A stretch of DNA of 61,397 nucleotides, filler included. It is 6 parts of 6 records of this genome, joined end to end, with 100 filler letters (N's around TTAATTAATTAA, not from the genome) between each part and the next. Parts side by side here need not be neighbours in the genome. Positions count along the whole stretch, not along the records: positions 1 to 21,247 come from DRR723986_12509; 5 more parts are not named here. The stretch is one strand, 5' to 3'. Position numbers and translations under genes: made by a program. The notes beneath the pieces were generated by a model. The model saw only the letters and a list, made by a program, of their open reading frames with translations. It did no database searches and was not told the DNA's origin. Shown here in pieces: positions 1 to 9,999 of this stretch (within the stretch, counting starts at the first letter, position 1; every line of letters starts with the position of its first letter).

Positions 1-191
1 ACCGGTTTTTGACACATGCGGCGGTTCTTAACGCGTAAATGTCACCAAACCCGACATTCAACACACAGCCCAGAACCTCTGGTAGCCTGAGTTCCGCTAA
101 GCGGACCAAGCAGACCTTTACTTTTTCTAGATCAAGGTCTGCTATACCTAATAACCTACGGCCAGCGATACCACTGATGGGCATGGTATCC

Positions 192-956
192 TCATGCAGG
201 CAATCCAACGGCCTTACGCCCTTCATCCGTTTTGAGCGAAAAGTCCCCTCCGGCATAATTCTGTGCGCCGAGACCACAAAGAAACGCAATCGCTTGCGCA
301 ACCCATTCCGCAGGGATGTGCACAGATGGATCGAGCTGGCTTACTGGATTGATTCCAGATGCCTTGATGGCTACCTGCATATCAGTTGCCACAGTTCCAG
401 GACTTAGGCCCACAACGGTAATCCCATCGGCGGCGTATTCTTTATGCGCTACACCGGTTAATCGCAGCACTGCGGCCTTTGTTGCACAGTAGTGGCTCCA
501 GCCTTCGAGGGCGGAGTTCGCAGCACCGGATGAGATGTTGATCACTGTGCCTGAGCCCTGTTCGCGCATCACCGGAAGAGCATAGCGCAGCCCATGATAG
601 ACACCCTTGATGTTTACATCGACAACATTGCCCCATGCTTCTGGATCACTGTCGGCGATGCGGCTGATCGGGTCGATGAGGCCCGCATTGTTCACGAGGA
701 TGTCGACTGTTCCGAACGTTTCGTTAGCAAAATCAACAAGTGCTGCGACGGCTTTGTGATCGCTGACGTCACATCCGTAACCGACTGCTTGTCCGCCCGC
801 GTCGCGGATTTCGGCGGCAATCGCTTCAATGTCTGTGTTGGATCGCGCGGCCAAGACGACCTTTGCCCCACGCGCTGCGAGATGTCGCGCGGCGGCGGCT
901 CCGATACCTCTGCTTGCGCCAGTAATGATTGCGGTCTTGTTTTTGAGAGTCGACAT
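192..956 (-). CDS. Classical short-chain dehydrogenase/reductase (SDR)
   Basis: TGASRGIG Rossmann motif, NNAG, and catalytic YxxxK (YCATK); 254 aa. Confidence 0.93.
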   Translation of the reverse strand: MSTLKNKTAIITGASRGIGAAAARHLAARGAKVVLAARSNTDIEAIAAEIRDAGGQAVGYGCDVSDHKAVAALVDFANETFGTVDILVNNAGLIDPISRIADSDPEAWGNVVDVNIKGVYHGLRYALPVMREQGSGTVINISSGAANSALEGWSHYCATKAAVLRLTGVAHKEYAADGITVVGLSPGTVATDMQVAIKASGINPVSQLDPSVHIPAEWVAQAIAFLCGLGAQNYAGGDFSLKTDEGRKAVGLPA

Positions 957-980
957 ATGAGATTCCTAGGTTGAATTGGT

Positions 981-1541
981 TTACTGAGTGACACGTTGGG
1001 CGGTGATGTCTGCAGTCACTTCTATTGAGGCTGAGACAGCAGGATTTGCGTCCCCTATGCCGAAGTTGGAGCGGAGCAGATCGGTGTGGAACCGCGCTGT
1101 TGCTACATCGCCACTGATCGTTATCTGACCTGCGAGCGTTAGGGGTTCTTCGACACCTTTGAGTGTCAAAATACCATCCATGGCCAAGATGCCGCCGTCA
1201 TTTGCTGCAATTCCTGAGCCAACAAACGATGCGCTCGGGTATGCGTTCGTTCCGAACCAAGTCGGCGATGAAATCAAGGGCATCGCCTGTACGTTATCGA
1301 TTTGAGCCGAAGCCATATCGATAACGACAGAAACGCTGGCGTCTTCGAGACGGGCCGGATCATACTTGATCACAGCCGTCCAAGTATCGAAACCGCCCGT
1401 GGCCTGCGCGCCGCCAATATCTAATGCAAACGTAAGTGAGCTGTCGGCATCGACAGTCTGCCAGAGATCGTCGGCATTTGCTGGAATTGCGAACGATATT
1501 GCGATCAAAGCCGCGGCGGTGTGAGAATAGTAGGTCATCAT
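981..1541 (-). CDS. YceI-family periplasmic polyisoprenoid-binding protein
   Basis: Signal peptide (…AIPANA), then W..VDADSSLTF, G.F, WF…YP.A.F, G.LTLKGV and R..FGIG. Start moved to the ATG at 1541, which overlaps the upstream stop. Confidence 0.85.
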   Translation of the reverse strand: MMTYYSHTAAALIAISFAIPANADDLWQTVDADSSLTFALDIGGAQATGGFDTWTAVIKYDPARLEDASVSVVIDMASAQIDNVQAMPLISSPTWFGTNAYPSASFVGSGIAANDGGILAMDGILTLKGVEEPLTLAGQITISGDVATARFHTDLLRSNFGIGDANPAVSASIEVTADITAQRVTQ

Positions 1542-2134
1542 GAGCGTTCCTTGTTCATTTTTCTTCTTGTCGGCAGCATGGATCGCAGGATGCTGTCTCC
1601 ATTGACGAAGTGGTGTTTCAGTGCGGCGAGAACGTGCAGGAAAACGAGCGCAGTAAGCGCGCACCCTCCCCAAAAATGCATCCAACCGAAAAACCACTCA
1701 GTAGCTGAGTTGGGTGCGATCGGGTGCGGCAGATGTAAGATGCCAAAAACAACTGTAGGAAGGCCAAGAGAGGAGGATGACGCCAACATCCAGCCACTCA
1801 GCGGCAGCGAGAACATCAAGACATACAGGGCGACGTGGACGAGATGAGAAGCAATTGCTTCGAAAGACGTCAGCTCTGTATGTTGGACTGGCTTCGTCAA
1901 AAGTCGAACGACCAACCGGCCAAGAACAAGCCCAAACAACAAGACACCGACGGATTTGTGCAACTGATATGCCTCAAAGAGGCTGAACCCGAGGAGTGTC
2001 GCGCTGTAATCTGCTGTCTCGGCTGCAACATGTGCCAACCGAGACATCGCGAAACCGAATGCCAACATGGCGATCAGCAGCACCGCCATTAGCCAATGGA
2101 TGGCTTTCATGAGGGGGTGCCACTGATCAGTCAT
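1538..2134 (-). CDS. Cytochrome b561 (YceJ/CybB family)
   Basis: IHWLMA, LHKSVG and HVLAALKHHF haem-ligand motifs; four TM helices; lies between two yceI genes; start MTDQWH at 2134. Confidence 0.9.
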   Translation of the reverse strand: MTDQWHPLMKAIHWLMAVLLIAMLAFGFAMSRLAHVAAETADYSATLLGFSLFEAYQLHKSVGVLLFGLVLGRLVVRLLTKPVQHTELTSFEAIASHLVHVALYVLMFSLPLSGWMLASSSSLGLPTVVFGILHLPHPIAPNSATEWFFGWMHFWGGCALTALVFLHVLAALKHHFVNGDSILRSMLPTRRKMNKERS

Positions 2135-2138
2135 AGCG

Positions 2139-2804
2139 TTACTCGTTCGGGCCGGTGAAGCCCGCGACACGACCCCAGTTACATGGGATATTCGTGCCAG
2201 GAGTGTCTGCGCATTGGACCAGATCGAAGCGGGCATCGACGGATACTGTGAAGCCGGTTGGGCTGCCCAAGAAGGCGATGAAATCCATACCGTGATCAAG
2301 GCGAGCAACTTCGCCTGTCGCATGGAAGCCCACAACGCGGACTTCATCGTAATTCGGGATGAAGTCAGGATAAGTCCGGTCGTTTACCAACTCGAAATCC
2401 AACGTCAGTGGCGCGGAACTGCCAAGCATCGTCAGATCCCCGATCAGCTTGCCCGCAGTTGGCGTCAGCATCTGCACCTCGGTCGACGTGAAGGTCATTT
2501 CTGGGTGAGCCGCGATGTTGAGGTAATCGGCATTGCGAATGTGGTTGTCACGCCCAACGTGATTGCTGTCGACGGAAGCCGCGTCGACTGTGAATGTGAT
2601 TTGAGAGTTTGCGGGGTTTTCCTCATCAATAAGGAACGTGCCATCGAAGGAATTGAACCGTCCAACAGTGTTGGCCATGTTCATGTGGTCAATTTCCCAA
2701 CCAAGATAGGCATGGCCAAGATCGAGCGTCCATTCGGTCGGATCGGCCATCGCTGGGCTTGAAAGAAGTGCGGCAGCAGCAAGGGATGTGAAGAGGGTTT
2801 TCAT
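2139..2804 (-). CDS. YceI-family periplasmic protein
   Basis: Signal peptide, W.LD..H, GRFNSFDG and SVDSN…RDNHIR motifs. Confidence 0.9.
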   Translation of the reverse strand: MKTLFTSLAAAALLSSPAMADPTEWTLDLGHAYLGWEIDHMNMANTVGRFNSFDGTFLIDEENPANSQITFTVDAASVDSNHVGRDNHIRNADYLNIAAHPEMTFTSTEVQMLTPTAGKLIGDLTMLGSSAPLTLDFELVNDRTYPDFIPNYDEVRVVGFHATGEVARLDHGMDFIAFLGSPTGFTVSVDARFDLVQCADTPGTNIPCNWGRVAGFTGPNE

Positions 2805-2968
2805 GTTTGAATCCTTAGTTTGGGATTTGAGCGAGAAGAAGAAACCTTGCTGAAACAGCTTGGTCTCGTTTGGATTGAGACCTTTCTATTTCCTGCGTAA
2901 AACTTGCGATATGGCGGCCTACGCAGTACAATCGTGCGAATCTTGCATGAATAAAGGCACTGGCCTGA

Positions 2969-3871
2969 ATGAACCTATCATCGTTGAAAGCTGTCTTGCT
3001 GGTGGAACAGACCGGAAGCATCGCAGGGGCCGCAAGCTTGCTGAATATGGATGCGTCAAACGTGTCTCGGATCGTGGCCAGTATCGAACATGATGTTGGT
3101 CTTCGGATTTTCGACAGGACGACGCGTCGTTTGCGCATAACTGAGGCTGGTGAGCTTTACCTCAATCGCGTTCGCCCACTGTTAGATGAGCTGGACGCGG
3201 CAAAGGATGAAGCCCATCACACTGCCGTGGAGCCCCAGGGGCATTTGCGAATGACATCATCTGTTGCGTTTGCGGTGGAAATGATCTTGCCGCTGCTGCC
3301 CGAGTTTCACGGGAAGTACCCGGAGATCACGGTGGAGTTGCTCCCCTCCGACGCCAATCTTGGATTGTTGGACCAAGGTTTAGATCTTGCCGTCAGACTC
3401 ACCGCTGCACCCGAAGGTGATCTGATCTCAACGCGGGTTCTCCAAACACGATATCGCGTTGTTGCCTCTCCAGAATACATATCACAGCATGGCCTGCTTG
3501 CTGAGCCCAGCGATCTGTCGGATCGCAACTGTCTGCGTTTTGCTCTGCCTGATTTCCGGAGCCGGTGGCTGTTTCGACGAGCCCAAAATGAAGACGCAAC
3601 GCCTGTAGATATCTCGGGGAGGACACTGATCTCAAATGCCCTGGCCCTCCGTGATGCCGCCCGCAGCGGCATGGGACCAGCCCTCTTGGCGGATTGGTTG
3701 ATCAACCGCGACTTAGAAGCTGGCACACTTGTCGACTTGTTGCCGGACTGGGAGTGTACGGCGACCGAGTTTGACACAGGCGCATTCATTCTATTTCCAA
3801 GCAGGAGCTACTTGCCACAAAAGACACGGGTCATGATCGATTTTCTCAAGGAAAGGTTGGTTGTGCCTTAG
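2969..3871 (+). CDS. LysR-family regulator (CrgA-like), divergent from the yceI/cybB/SDR operon
   Basis: N-terminal HTH (GSIAGAA…SNVSR…FDRTTR) and a LysR substrate-binding domain. Confidence 0.93.
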   Translation: MNLSSLKAVLLVEQTGSIAGAASLLNMDASNVSRIVASIEHDVGLRIFDRTTRRLRITEAGELYLNRVRPLLDELDAAKDEAHHTAVEPQGHLRMTSSVAFAVEMILPLLPEFHGKYPEITVELLPSDANLGLLDQGLDLAVRLTAAPEGDLISTRVLQTRYRVVASPEYISQHGLLAEPSDLSDRNCLRFALPDFRSRWLFRRAQNEDATPVDISGRTLISNALALRDAARSGMGPALLADWLINRDLEAGTLVDLLPDWECTATEFDTGAFILFPSRSYLPQKTRVMIDFLKERLVVP

Positions 3872-4229
3872 CTTGCGCTCCAAACTGGCCGTTCATTCAT
3901 TCTGCAGCATCAGTCGGTCTGGGCTCCCTACTGCCGTTCGCCGCACCAGGTACGGATGGCTGCAGGCAGCCCAAACTCGACATTCATTCGCGTACCAAAC
4001 CTGAAGCACGGTTCAGGCAGTGAGACGGTTTGCGGACCTTCTCTGCCTGTATAGGATTACCCGCCAGCATCTGACAAAGTTGACATTCTGGCGTTCATTT
4101 TGACCCATTCTTTTCTGTACCGCCGCAAACCGTCAACGACCCCAACTCCACCATTGCTCATTGGTTGGAATGCAGCCTGCGCAAATCATCCGCTTATGCC
4201 AGAAACCGTCCCCAGCATGCGCTGTCGCG

Positions 4230-5279
4230 CTAATGTCCTGGATCGTTCAGGATCATGGTGTTTTCCGGACTCCAGCTGAGCCAGACAGGCCCCTGTTCGG
4301 GCAGATCAGCGAGATCCTTATCGCGAGCGGTCACCTTGATTATCTGCCCCTGCCATTCAGTCAGGCAGGTCGCCATGGCACCAGAGAAGACACGTTCCCG
4401 AAGCACAGCCTGCAGCTTGTTCCCTTGTGTCGGGGCATGCGGGGATATTGAGATGTTTTCAGGCCGCACGGCAATGGTTCCGCTGGTACTACCCGCCGTG
4501 CCAATTCGGCACAGTGACCCGTCTTGCAGCCGGATTTGGCCGTCTTCACTATCACCCCTGAGAATATTGGCTTCTCCCAGAAAGGCGGCTGTGAAGACGT
4601 CTCCCGGATTATTGTAGAGATTGCGCGGCGTTCCGGCCTGTACCATCTGCCCATCCTTCAGGATACCGATCTTGTCTGAAAGGGTCAGTGCCTCCTCTTG
4701 GTCGTGCGTGACAAAGATTGTGGTGATGCCGACTTCGCGCTGGATGCGTTTCAGTTCGATCTGCATATCGACGCGCAGCGCCTTGTCCAAGGCGCTCAGT
4801 GGCTCGTCCAGCAGCAGAACCCGCGGCTGAGTGACCATAGCGCGCGCCAGGGCGACCCGCTGGCGCTGCCCGCCCGACAGTTGATTTGGCTTGCGGGCGC
4901 CGAGATGGCCCAGTTGCACCAGCTCCAGCACTTCGGCGACACGGCGTTTTTCCTCGGCAGAACCCACTTTGCGCACGCGCAGTCCAAATCCGATGTTTTC
5001 TGCCACTGTCATATTCGGAAACAGTGCGTAATTCTGGAACACCATGCCGATCTCACGCTTTTCGACAGGCACATTTTCGACCGGCTGACCGCCGATTGCC
5101 ACGCTGCCACTGTCGGGAAAAACAAATCCGGCAATCGCGCGCAGAAGCGTTGTCTTGCCGCTGCCTGAAGGGCCGAGCAGGCCGAAAAAGCCGCCATTTG
5201 GGAAAACCATGGATACGTCGTCCAGGGCCTTCATCGAGCCGTATGCCTTGTTCAGGCCGGTGACCGTAACCTCAGCCAT
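4230..5279 (-). CDS. ABC transporter ATP-binding protein (PotA-like)
   Basis: GPSGSGKT, LSGGQRQR, LLLDEP, VTHDQEEA and a C-terminal TOBE-like region. Confidence 0.95.
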   Translation of the reverse strand: MAEVTVTGLNKAYGSMKALDDVSMVFPNGGFFGLLGPSGSGKTTLLRAIAGFVFPDSGSVAIGGQPVENVPVEKREIGMVFQNYALFPNMTVAENIGFGLRVRKVGSAEEKRRVAEVLELVQLGHLGARKPNQLSGGQRQRVALARAMVTQPRVLLLDEPLSALDKALRVDMQIELKRIQREVGITTIFVTHDQEEALTLSDKIGILKDGQMVQAGTPRNLYNNPGDVFTAAFLGEANILRGDSEDGQIRLQDGSLCRIGTAGSTSGTIAVRPENISISPHAPTQGNKLQAVLRERVFSGAMATCLTEWQGQIIKVTARDKDLADLPEQGPVWLSWSPENTMILNDPGH

Positions 5280-6067
5280 CAGCGTTCTCCTCCAAAGTTG
5301 GAATAGCGGGCGGCGGTCAGCATCAGTCCCATAGAAACGGTGATGATGATCGTCGAAATTGCGTTGATTTCGGGTGTGAAACCCTTGCGGATGGCGGTGT
5401 ATATGATCACCGGCAAGGTGCTGTCGCCGGGTTCGGCCAGGAAATATGAGACCACGAACTGGTCAAAAGACACAGCAAAGGCAAACAGCGCCCCGGCGAT
5501 GATGCCCGGCATGATCCACGGCAGAGTGACCGCGCGCGTGACCTGCCAACCGGACGCCCCGAGCGAGCGGGCGGCTTCCTCCAGTACCGGGTCAAAGGTT
5601 TTCAGCCGGGCCGAGACGACGACGATCACATAAGGAAGCGCCAGCGCCACATGGCCCAGGATTACCGCAGGCGAGCCGCGCCCGATGCCAACCGAGAAGA
5701 AGAAGATCAGCATTGCGGTGCCGGTGATCAGCCAAGGAATGGCAATTGGGGGGAACAGCAGCGCCTGCAGCAGTTTCTTGCCCCTAAAGTCATACCGGAA
5801 GATCGCCAGCGATGCAGCGGTGCCAAGCGCGGTTGCAATCCCAGTAGTGACCAGCGCAATCCAGATTGAGCGCCAGGCCGATGCCAGAATCTCCTGGTTG
5901 GCGGCCAGCTTCTGATACCATTGACCAGAGAACTCAAAAGGCAGCTGATAATAGGGCGAGGCGTTGAAGGACATCGCCGCCATCACCAGGATCGGCGCAT
6001 AGAGAAAGACCAACACCGCACCCAGATAGATCCGGCCCAAGCCAGAGAGAAAGGTTCCGCGTGTCAT
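5279..6067 (-). CDS. ABC transporter permease (PotC-like)
   Basis: EEAARSLGA EAA loop and FAFAVSFD; start MTRGTF at 6067 overlaps the upstream stop. Confidence 0.92.
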   Translation of the reverse strand: MTRGTFLSGLGRIYLGAVLVFLYAPILVMAAMSFNASPYYQLPFEFSGQWYQKLAANQEILASAWRSIWIALVTTGIATALGTAASLAIFRYDFRGKKLLQALLFPPIAIPWLITGTAMLIFFFSVGIGRGSPAVILGHVALALPYVIVVVSARLKTFDPVLEEAARSLGASGWQVTRAVTLPWIMPGIIAGALFAFAVSFDQFVVSYFLAEPGDSTLPVIIYTAIRKGFTPEINAISTIIITVSMGLMLTAARYSNFGGER

Positions 6068-6930
6068 GTTTGTGCCCTTTTCAGGATCGGGCTGGCCAAG
6101 GCCAGGATCGCCAGAACCACGGCAAGCAGAACAAAGGACAGCGCCGCGCCCAGCGGCCAGTTGAAGACGGCCGTAAATTGGTCTTCGATCACCGTTCCAT
6201 AAAACGTCCCGCGCCTGCCGCCTAAGATTCGCGGCTCCATGAAGGATCCCACAACGGGCACAAAGATCAGCACCGCACCTGCCAGCAGCCCCGGCAGCGA
6301 CAGGGGCAGGATGATCCGCCACACAATGGTGCGCAGCGGCGCCCCCATCGAGCGCGCTGCGTCGATCAGATTGTCGTCGATCGCCTGCAGCGCAAGGTAT
6401 GAGGTCAGGATGACGTAAGGCAGGTAAGAATGCACCAGTCCGATGACGATGGCCGGATAGCTGAACATCAGGTTGATCGAGACGTCAAAGGGCAGGATCG
6501 CGTTGAAAAACGCATCCAGCACCCCGTTGCCTCGCAGCACAATTGCCCACGAAAAGATCCGCACCAGCGAATTGGACCAGAACGGCAGAATTACCAGCAG
6601 GAACAGCGCCTCGCGCCATCGACCTTTGATCAGCTTGGCCAGAACATAGGCGCAGGGAAAGCCGATCAGGATGCAGAAACCAGTGACCACAAGTCCCAGT
6701 TTCAGCGACTTCCACAGCAGCACAGGATAAACCGCCTTGGTGAAAAAATCGCGGTAGTTCTCCAGCGTGACATACCATTCACGGCCGCCAAACGGCGCTT
6801 CGCTCAGGAAGCTGAAGAACAGCATGGCTGACAGTGGCAGAAACACTGCCACTGTCAGCCAAAGGTAGGCGGGAGAGGTCAGCGCAAGAATGCGCTGTCT
6901 GTCCTGTTTTTTAAGTTCAGCACTCATCAC
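6064..6930 (-). CDS. ABC transporter permease (PotB-like)
   Basis: LVILPFW…VRIFSW, DAARSMGA and NWPLGAA. Confidence 0.92.
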   Translation of the reverse strand: MMSAELKKQDRQRILALTSPAYLWLTVAVFLPLSAMLFFSFLSEAPFGGREWYVTLENYRDFFTKAVYPVLLWKSLKLGLVVTGFCILIGFPCAYVLAKLIKGRWREALFLLVILPFWSNSLVRIFSWAIVLRGNGVLDAFFNAILPFDVSINLMFSYPAIVIGLVHSYLPYVILTSYLALQAIDDNLIDAARSMGAPLRTIVWRIILPLSLPGLLAGAVLIFVPVVGSFMEPRILGGRRGTFYGTVIEDQFTAVFNWPLGAALSFVLLAVVLAILALASPILKRAQT

Positions 6931-6954
6931 TGCCTCCCCTTTGGTTTGATGCGC

Positions 6955-7995
6955 TTACTGCAGCGCCTTCAGTTCCTGCCACAGCTCGAGATAGACCTTG
7001 CGGTTTTCTTCGGACACGGGGCGCATGAACTGCACGCGGGCGACCACCTCGGGATCCCCCAGAACGCGGCGGTTGAACGCCTCTTCCGGCAGTGCGGCGG
7101 CCGCAGCTGCATTGGCCGAGGCCGGCGCGCCGCTTTCGGCCCATTTCACGTAGAATTCCGGATCGATCATCCAGTTGATGAACTGGGCGGCGGCGTCCTT
7201 GTGTTCAGAGGACGCAGCAATGGACAGCCCGTCCAGCCAGCCGATGGCGCCTTCTTCGGGCACCACAAAGGCAACCGGCAAACCGGCGGACATCGAACGC
7301 GACGCTGAGCCGGACCAGAACGGTGCTGCGATAAAGTCACCGGCAGCGATGAACTGGTTCCAATCGTTCTCCGAGCTCCAGAAGGTGTTGATCTGCGGCA
7401 GCAGCGCTTCCAGCTTGGTGCGGATTGCATCCATGTCGGTGATGTTATTGATGTTCTGTCCGGTTGCCAGGGCTGCGAACTGAACCGATTCCAGCGGGTC
7501 GTCACGCCAGCCGATCTTGCCCTCGTTGGCCGCGTCCCAGAACACCGAGAGCGAGGTCGGGGTTTCCTTGAATTCATTGGGGTTCACCGCAAAAGAGGTC
7601 AGCCCCCAGGTCCAGGCCACACCATAGACTTCGCCGTCGTGGGTCAGGTCTTCGTTGCTGGCCATGTTTGGGGCGATATCCGCGAAGTTGGGAATGGCGG
7701 CGGTATCAATGGCCTCGATCAGCCCTTCTTCGCGGGCCTGATTGGTGTAGGCGGCGTTGATCATGACCACGTCATAAGCACCGGGGTTGGTGCGCATCTT
7801 GGTCAGCAGCTCCTGCTCGGAATTGAAATAGTCATGCACCACAGTGTGGCCGGTGGCGGCGGCAAAGGCTTCCACTGCCCAATCCGCATCGGTGCCGTAG
7901 CCGTTCCAGTTCAGGACGCGGATTTCATCCGCAAATGCCGTCGAAGCGCTGGCCAGCACGGTTGTGGCCGCCAGAATGTTAAGAGCTGTTTTCAT
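6955..7995 (-). CDS. Periplasmic solute-binding protein (PotD/PotF family)
   Basis: Signal peptide, LNWNGY, PEEGAIGWLD and AAQFINWM. Confidence 0.9.
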   Translation of the reverse strand: MKTALNILAATTVLASASTAFADEIRVLNWNGYGTDADWAVEAFAAATGHTVVHDYFNSEQELLTKMRTNPGAYDVVMINAAYTNQAREEGLIEAIDTAAIPNFADIAPNMASNEDLTHDGEVYGVAWTWGLTSFAVNPNEFKETPTSLSVFWDAANEGKIGWRDDPLESVQFAALATGQNINNITDMDAIRTKLEALLPQINTFWSSENDWNQFIAAGDFIAAPFWSGSASRSMSAGLPVAFVVPEEGAIGWLDGLSIAASSEHKDAAAQFINWMIDPEFYVKWAESGAPASANAAAAAALPEEAFNRRVLGDPEVVARVQFMRPVSEENRKVYLELWQELKALQ

Positions 7996-8017
7996 TGTAT
8001 CCTCCCAGATCGCTGAT

Positions 8018-8971
8018 TTAGGTCGCTGTTAAAATCGGGTCTTTCTGCTGTGCCAGGGCTGCCAGGATCTCCCGGCGTTCGGGCGCGGTGGCTGGCCCTT
8101 CGCGGGTTGCGGACAGGGCCGCCGCCGCATTTGCAAAGCGTGCCGCCTCCAGCGGGTCCCAGCCTTCGGCCAGACCGGCAATAAAGCTGCCGATGTGGGT
8201 GTCGCCTGCGCCATTGGTGTCGATGGCCTGAACCGGCAGGCCGGGTAAATGCGCGGGGATGCCAGCGGCAGCAGCCACATGACAGCCATCGGCGCCGCTG
8301 CGCACAAGCGCGCCGCCGCGCCCGTTGCCCCGCCGCGCCAGCGCCTCGGCAGCAGCGGCAGGGCTGGTGGCACCGGTCAGGAACTCTGCCTCCGTCGCGT
8401 TGGCGCTGATCCAGGCCGCTTTCCCAAGAGCGCTGCGCAAAAGACCGTCGGGGATCGCTTCCACAACCGGTGAGGGGTCAAAGACCAGCGGCGCATCGGG
8501 CGGGATCTGGTCCAGCCAATGCGCAAAAGCGGCCTGATTTCCCGCGTAGCTCAGCGCGTAGCCGGACAACAGAATCCAGTCGAAATCAGCAACCGGAAGC
8601 GCCGCGAGGTCCCCGGCACCGCAATGGCCATCGGCTCCTTCGCGGGCAATGAACGTCCTTTCGCCGGCGTCATCCACCAGCACGGTGCACAGGCCCTGAT
8701 CCCGCAATTCGTCATGGGGTCGTAGGGCGGGTATGCTGGCATCTTTCAGGGCACTGCGGGCAATGTCTGCAAAGGGTCCGGTCCCCAGCGCCCCGCCATA
8801 AGATACATCCAATCCGGCGCGCTTTGCGGCCAGCATTGCATTGAAACCGCCGCCTGCCGCGACCTGAAACCCGCGCACAGCGGCCTCTTCACCCGGCTTC
8901 GGCACTGTGCGGACGCGGTAAACCAGATCGGTGATGACCCCGGACACCTGCAGAAGGCGCTGCGCTGTCAT
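8018..8971 (-). CDS. PfkB-family carbohydrate/nucleoside kinase (YegV-like)
   Basis: AGGGFN N-terminal motif and the DTNGAGD PfkB signature. Confidence 0.93.
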   Translation of the reverse strand: MTAQRLLQVSGVITDLVYRVRTVPKPGEEAAVRGFQVAAGGGFNAMLAAKRAGLDVSYGGALGTGPFADIARSALKDASIPALRPHDELRDQGLCTVLVDDAGERTFIAREGADGHCGAGDLAALPVADFDWILLSGYALSYAGNQAAFAHWLDQIPPDAPLVFDPSPVVEAIPDGLLRSALGKAAWISANATEAEFLTGATSPAAAAEALARRGNGRGGALVRSGADGCHVAAAAGIPAHLPGLPVQAIDTNGAGDTHIGSFIAGLAEGWDPLEAARFANAAAALSATREGPATAPERREILAALAQQKDPILTAT

Positions 8972-9999
8972 AGCCAACCCGCCGCGAATTTTCCAGCACG
9001 CGCAGACCGGATGTCCAGCAGCTGGCGGACGATGGGGCTAAGCTGTAGGGCGTTTTTTTCAGTGACAAAGCGCACCTTGTCCTGCGGCAACGCATCGGTG
9101 CCTTTGCAGGAGCCGGCCATCGCGGTGGCAATGGCACCGATGGTGTCGGTGTCATCGCCGATGTTGGCCGCCAGGCAGGCAGCGCGCCAGGGATCGCCCT
9201 GTCCCAACACCAGCAGCCCAAAAGCGGCCGGCACAGATTCATGCGAGGCAACCGAGGTTCCTGTTGCATCGGCAAAATCCTCTGGGGACGGGCCGGTTCC
9301 GGCCAGTGCAACAGCTGCCGCTATCCTGTCCGCCAGATCGTCCTCGCCAACCGCAAAACCACGCTCCGCGCCCAGACGGGCTGCCGCCAGCGCGGCGGAC
9401 AAAGCGGCCTCAAAATCACCACCTTGAATACCGGTGCTGATAAAGGCTGCAACCGCGGCAGCCGAGGCAATGGCTTCGCGGGTGTTGTGGGTCACCCTGC
9501 AGGTATTTTCCACCTGATCCACCAGCGCCGCCAGATCATCGGCGGGCGTGGCAATTGCCACCGGTGCAATCCGCATGGCCGCCCCGTTTGTTGTTCCGGT
9601 GCGGCCGGTCTCCTCGACCGGGGCACCCGCCAGCAGCGCTTGCAATGCCGCCTTAGAGGACGGGCCCAACAGGTCGTGCAGCCCACGTTCCTTGACCTCC
9701 GCCTCCCAGGCCAGAAGGTCGCCGGCCCAACCCCGAGCATCCATTTCAGACGGAGAGGCTATGATGCGCCGCGCCAGCAACAGGGTTTGTTCGGTATCAT
9801 CGGTGATCGCACCGGCCTGCAAGCCATGCGAGACCGGGTGACCGTCAAAAGGCGCCGCTAAATCGGTGATCTTGCCGTAATGCGTGGCAATGTCCCGGCG
9901 CGTCAGCGTTTGCGATGGCATGCCAAGGGCATCCCCCAAAGCGCATCCCTGCAAAGTGGCCAAAGCCCGGTCAGACTGCATGTCGGACATGACCGTCAA
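8968..9999 (-). CDS. ADP-ribosylglycohydrolase family protein (YegU/DraG-like)
   Basis: GDALGMP, TDDTEQ, NGAAMR and DTDTIGA metal-binding motifs; exact start uncertain (9999 or 9990). Confidence 0.93.
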   Translation of the reverse strand: MTVMSDMQSDRALATLQGCALGDALGMPSQTLTRRDIATHYGKITDLAAPFDGHPVSHGLQAGAITDDTEQTLLLARRIIASPSEMDARGWAGDLLAWEAEVKERGLHDLLGPSSKAALQALLAGAPVEETGRTGTTNGAAMRIAPVAIATPADDLAALVDQVENTCRVTHNTREAIASAAAVAAFISTGIQGGDFEAALSAALAAARLGAERGFAVGEDDLADRIAAAVALAGTGPSPEDFADATGTSVASHESVPAAFGLLVLGQGDPWRAACLAANIGDDTDTIGAIATAMAGSCKGTDALPQDKVRFVTEKNALQLSPIVRQLLDIRSARAGKFAAGWL

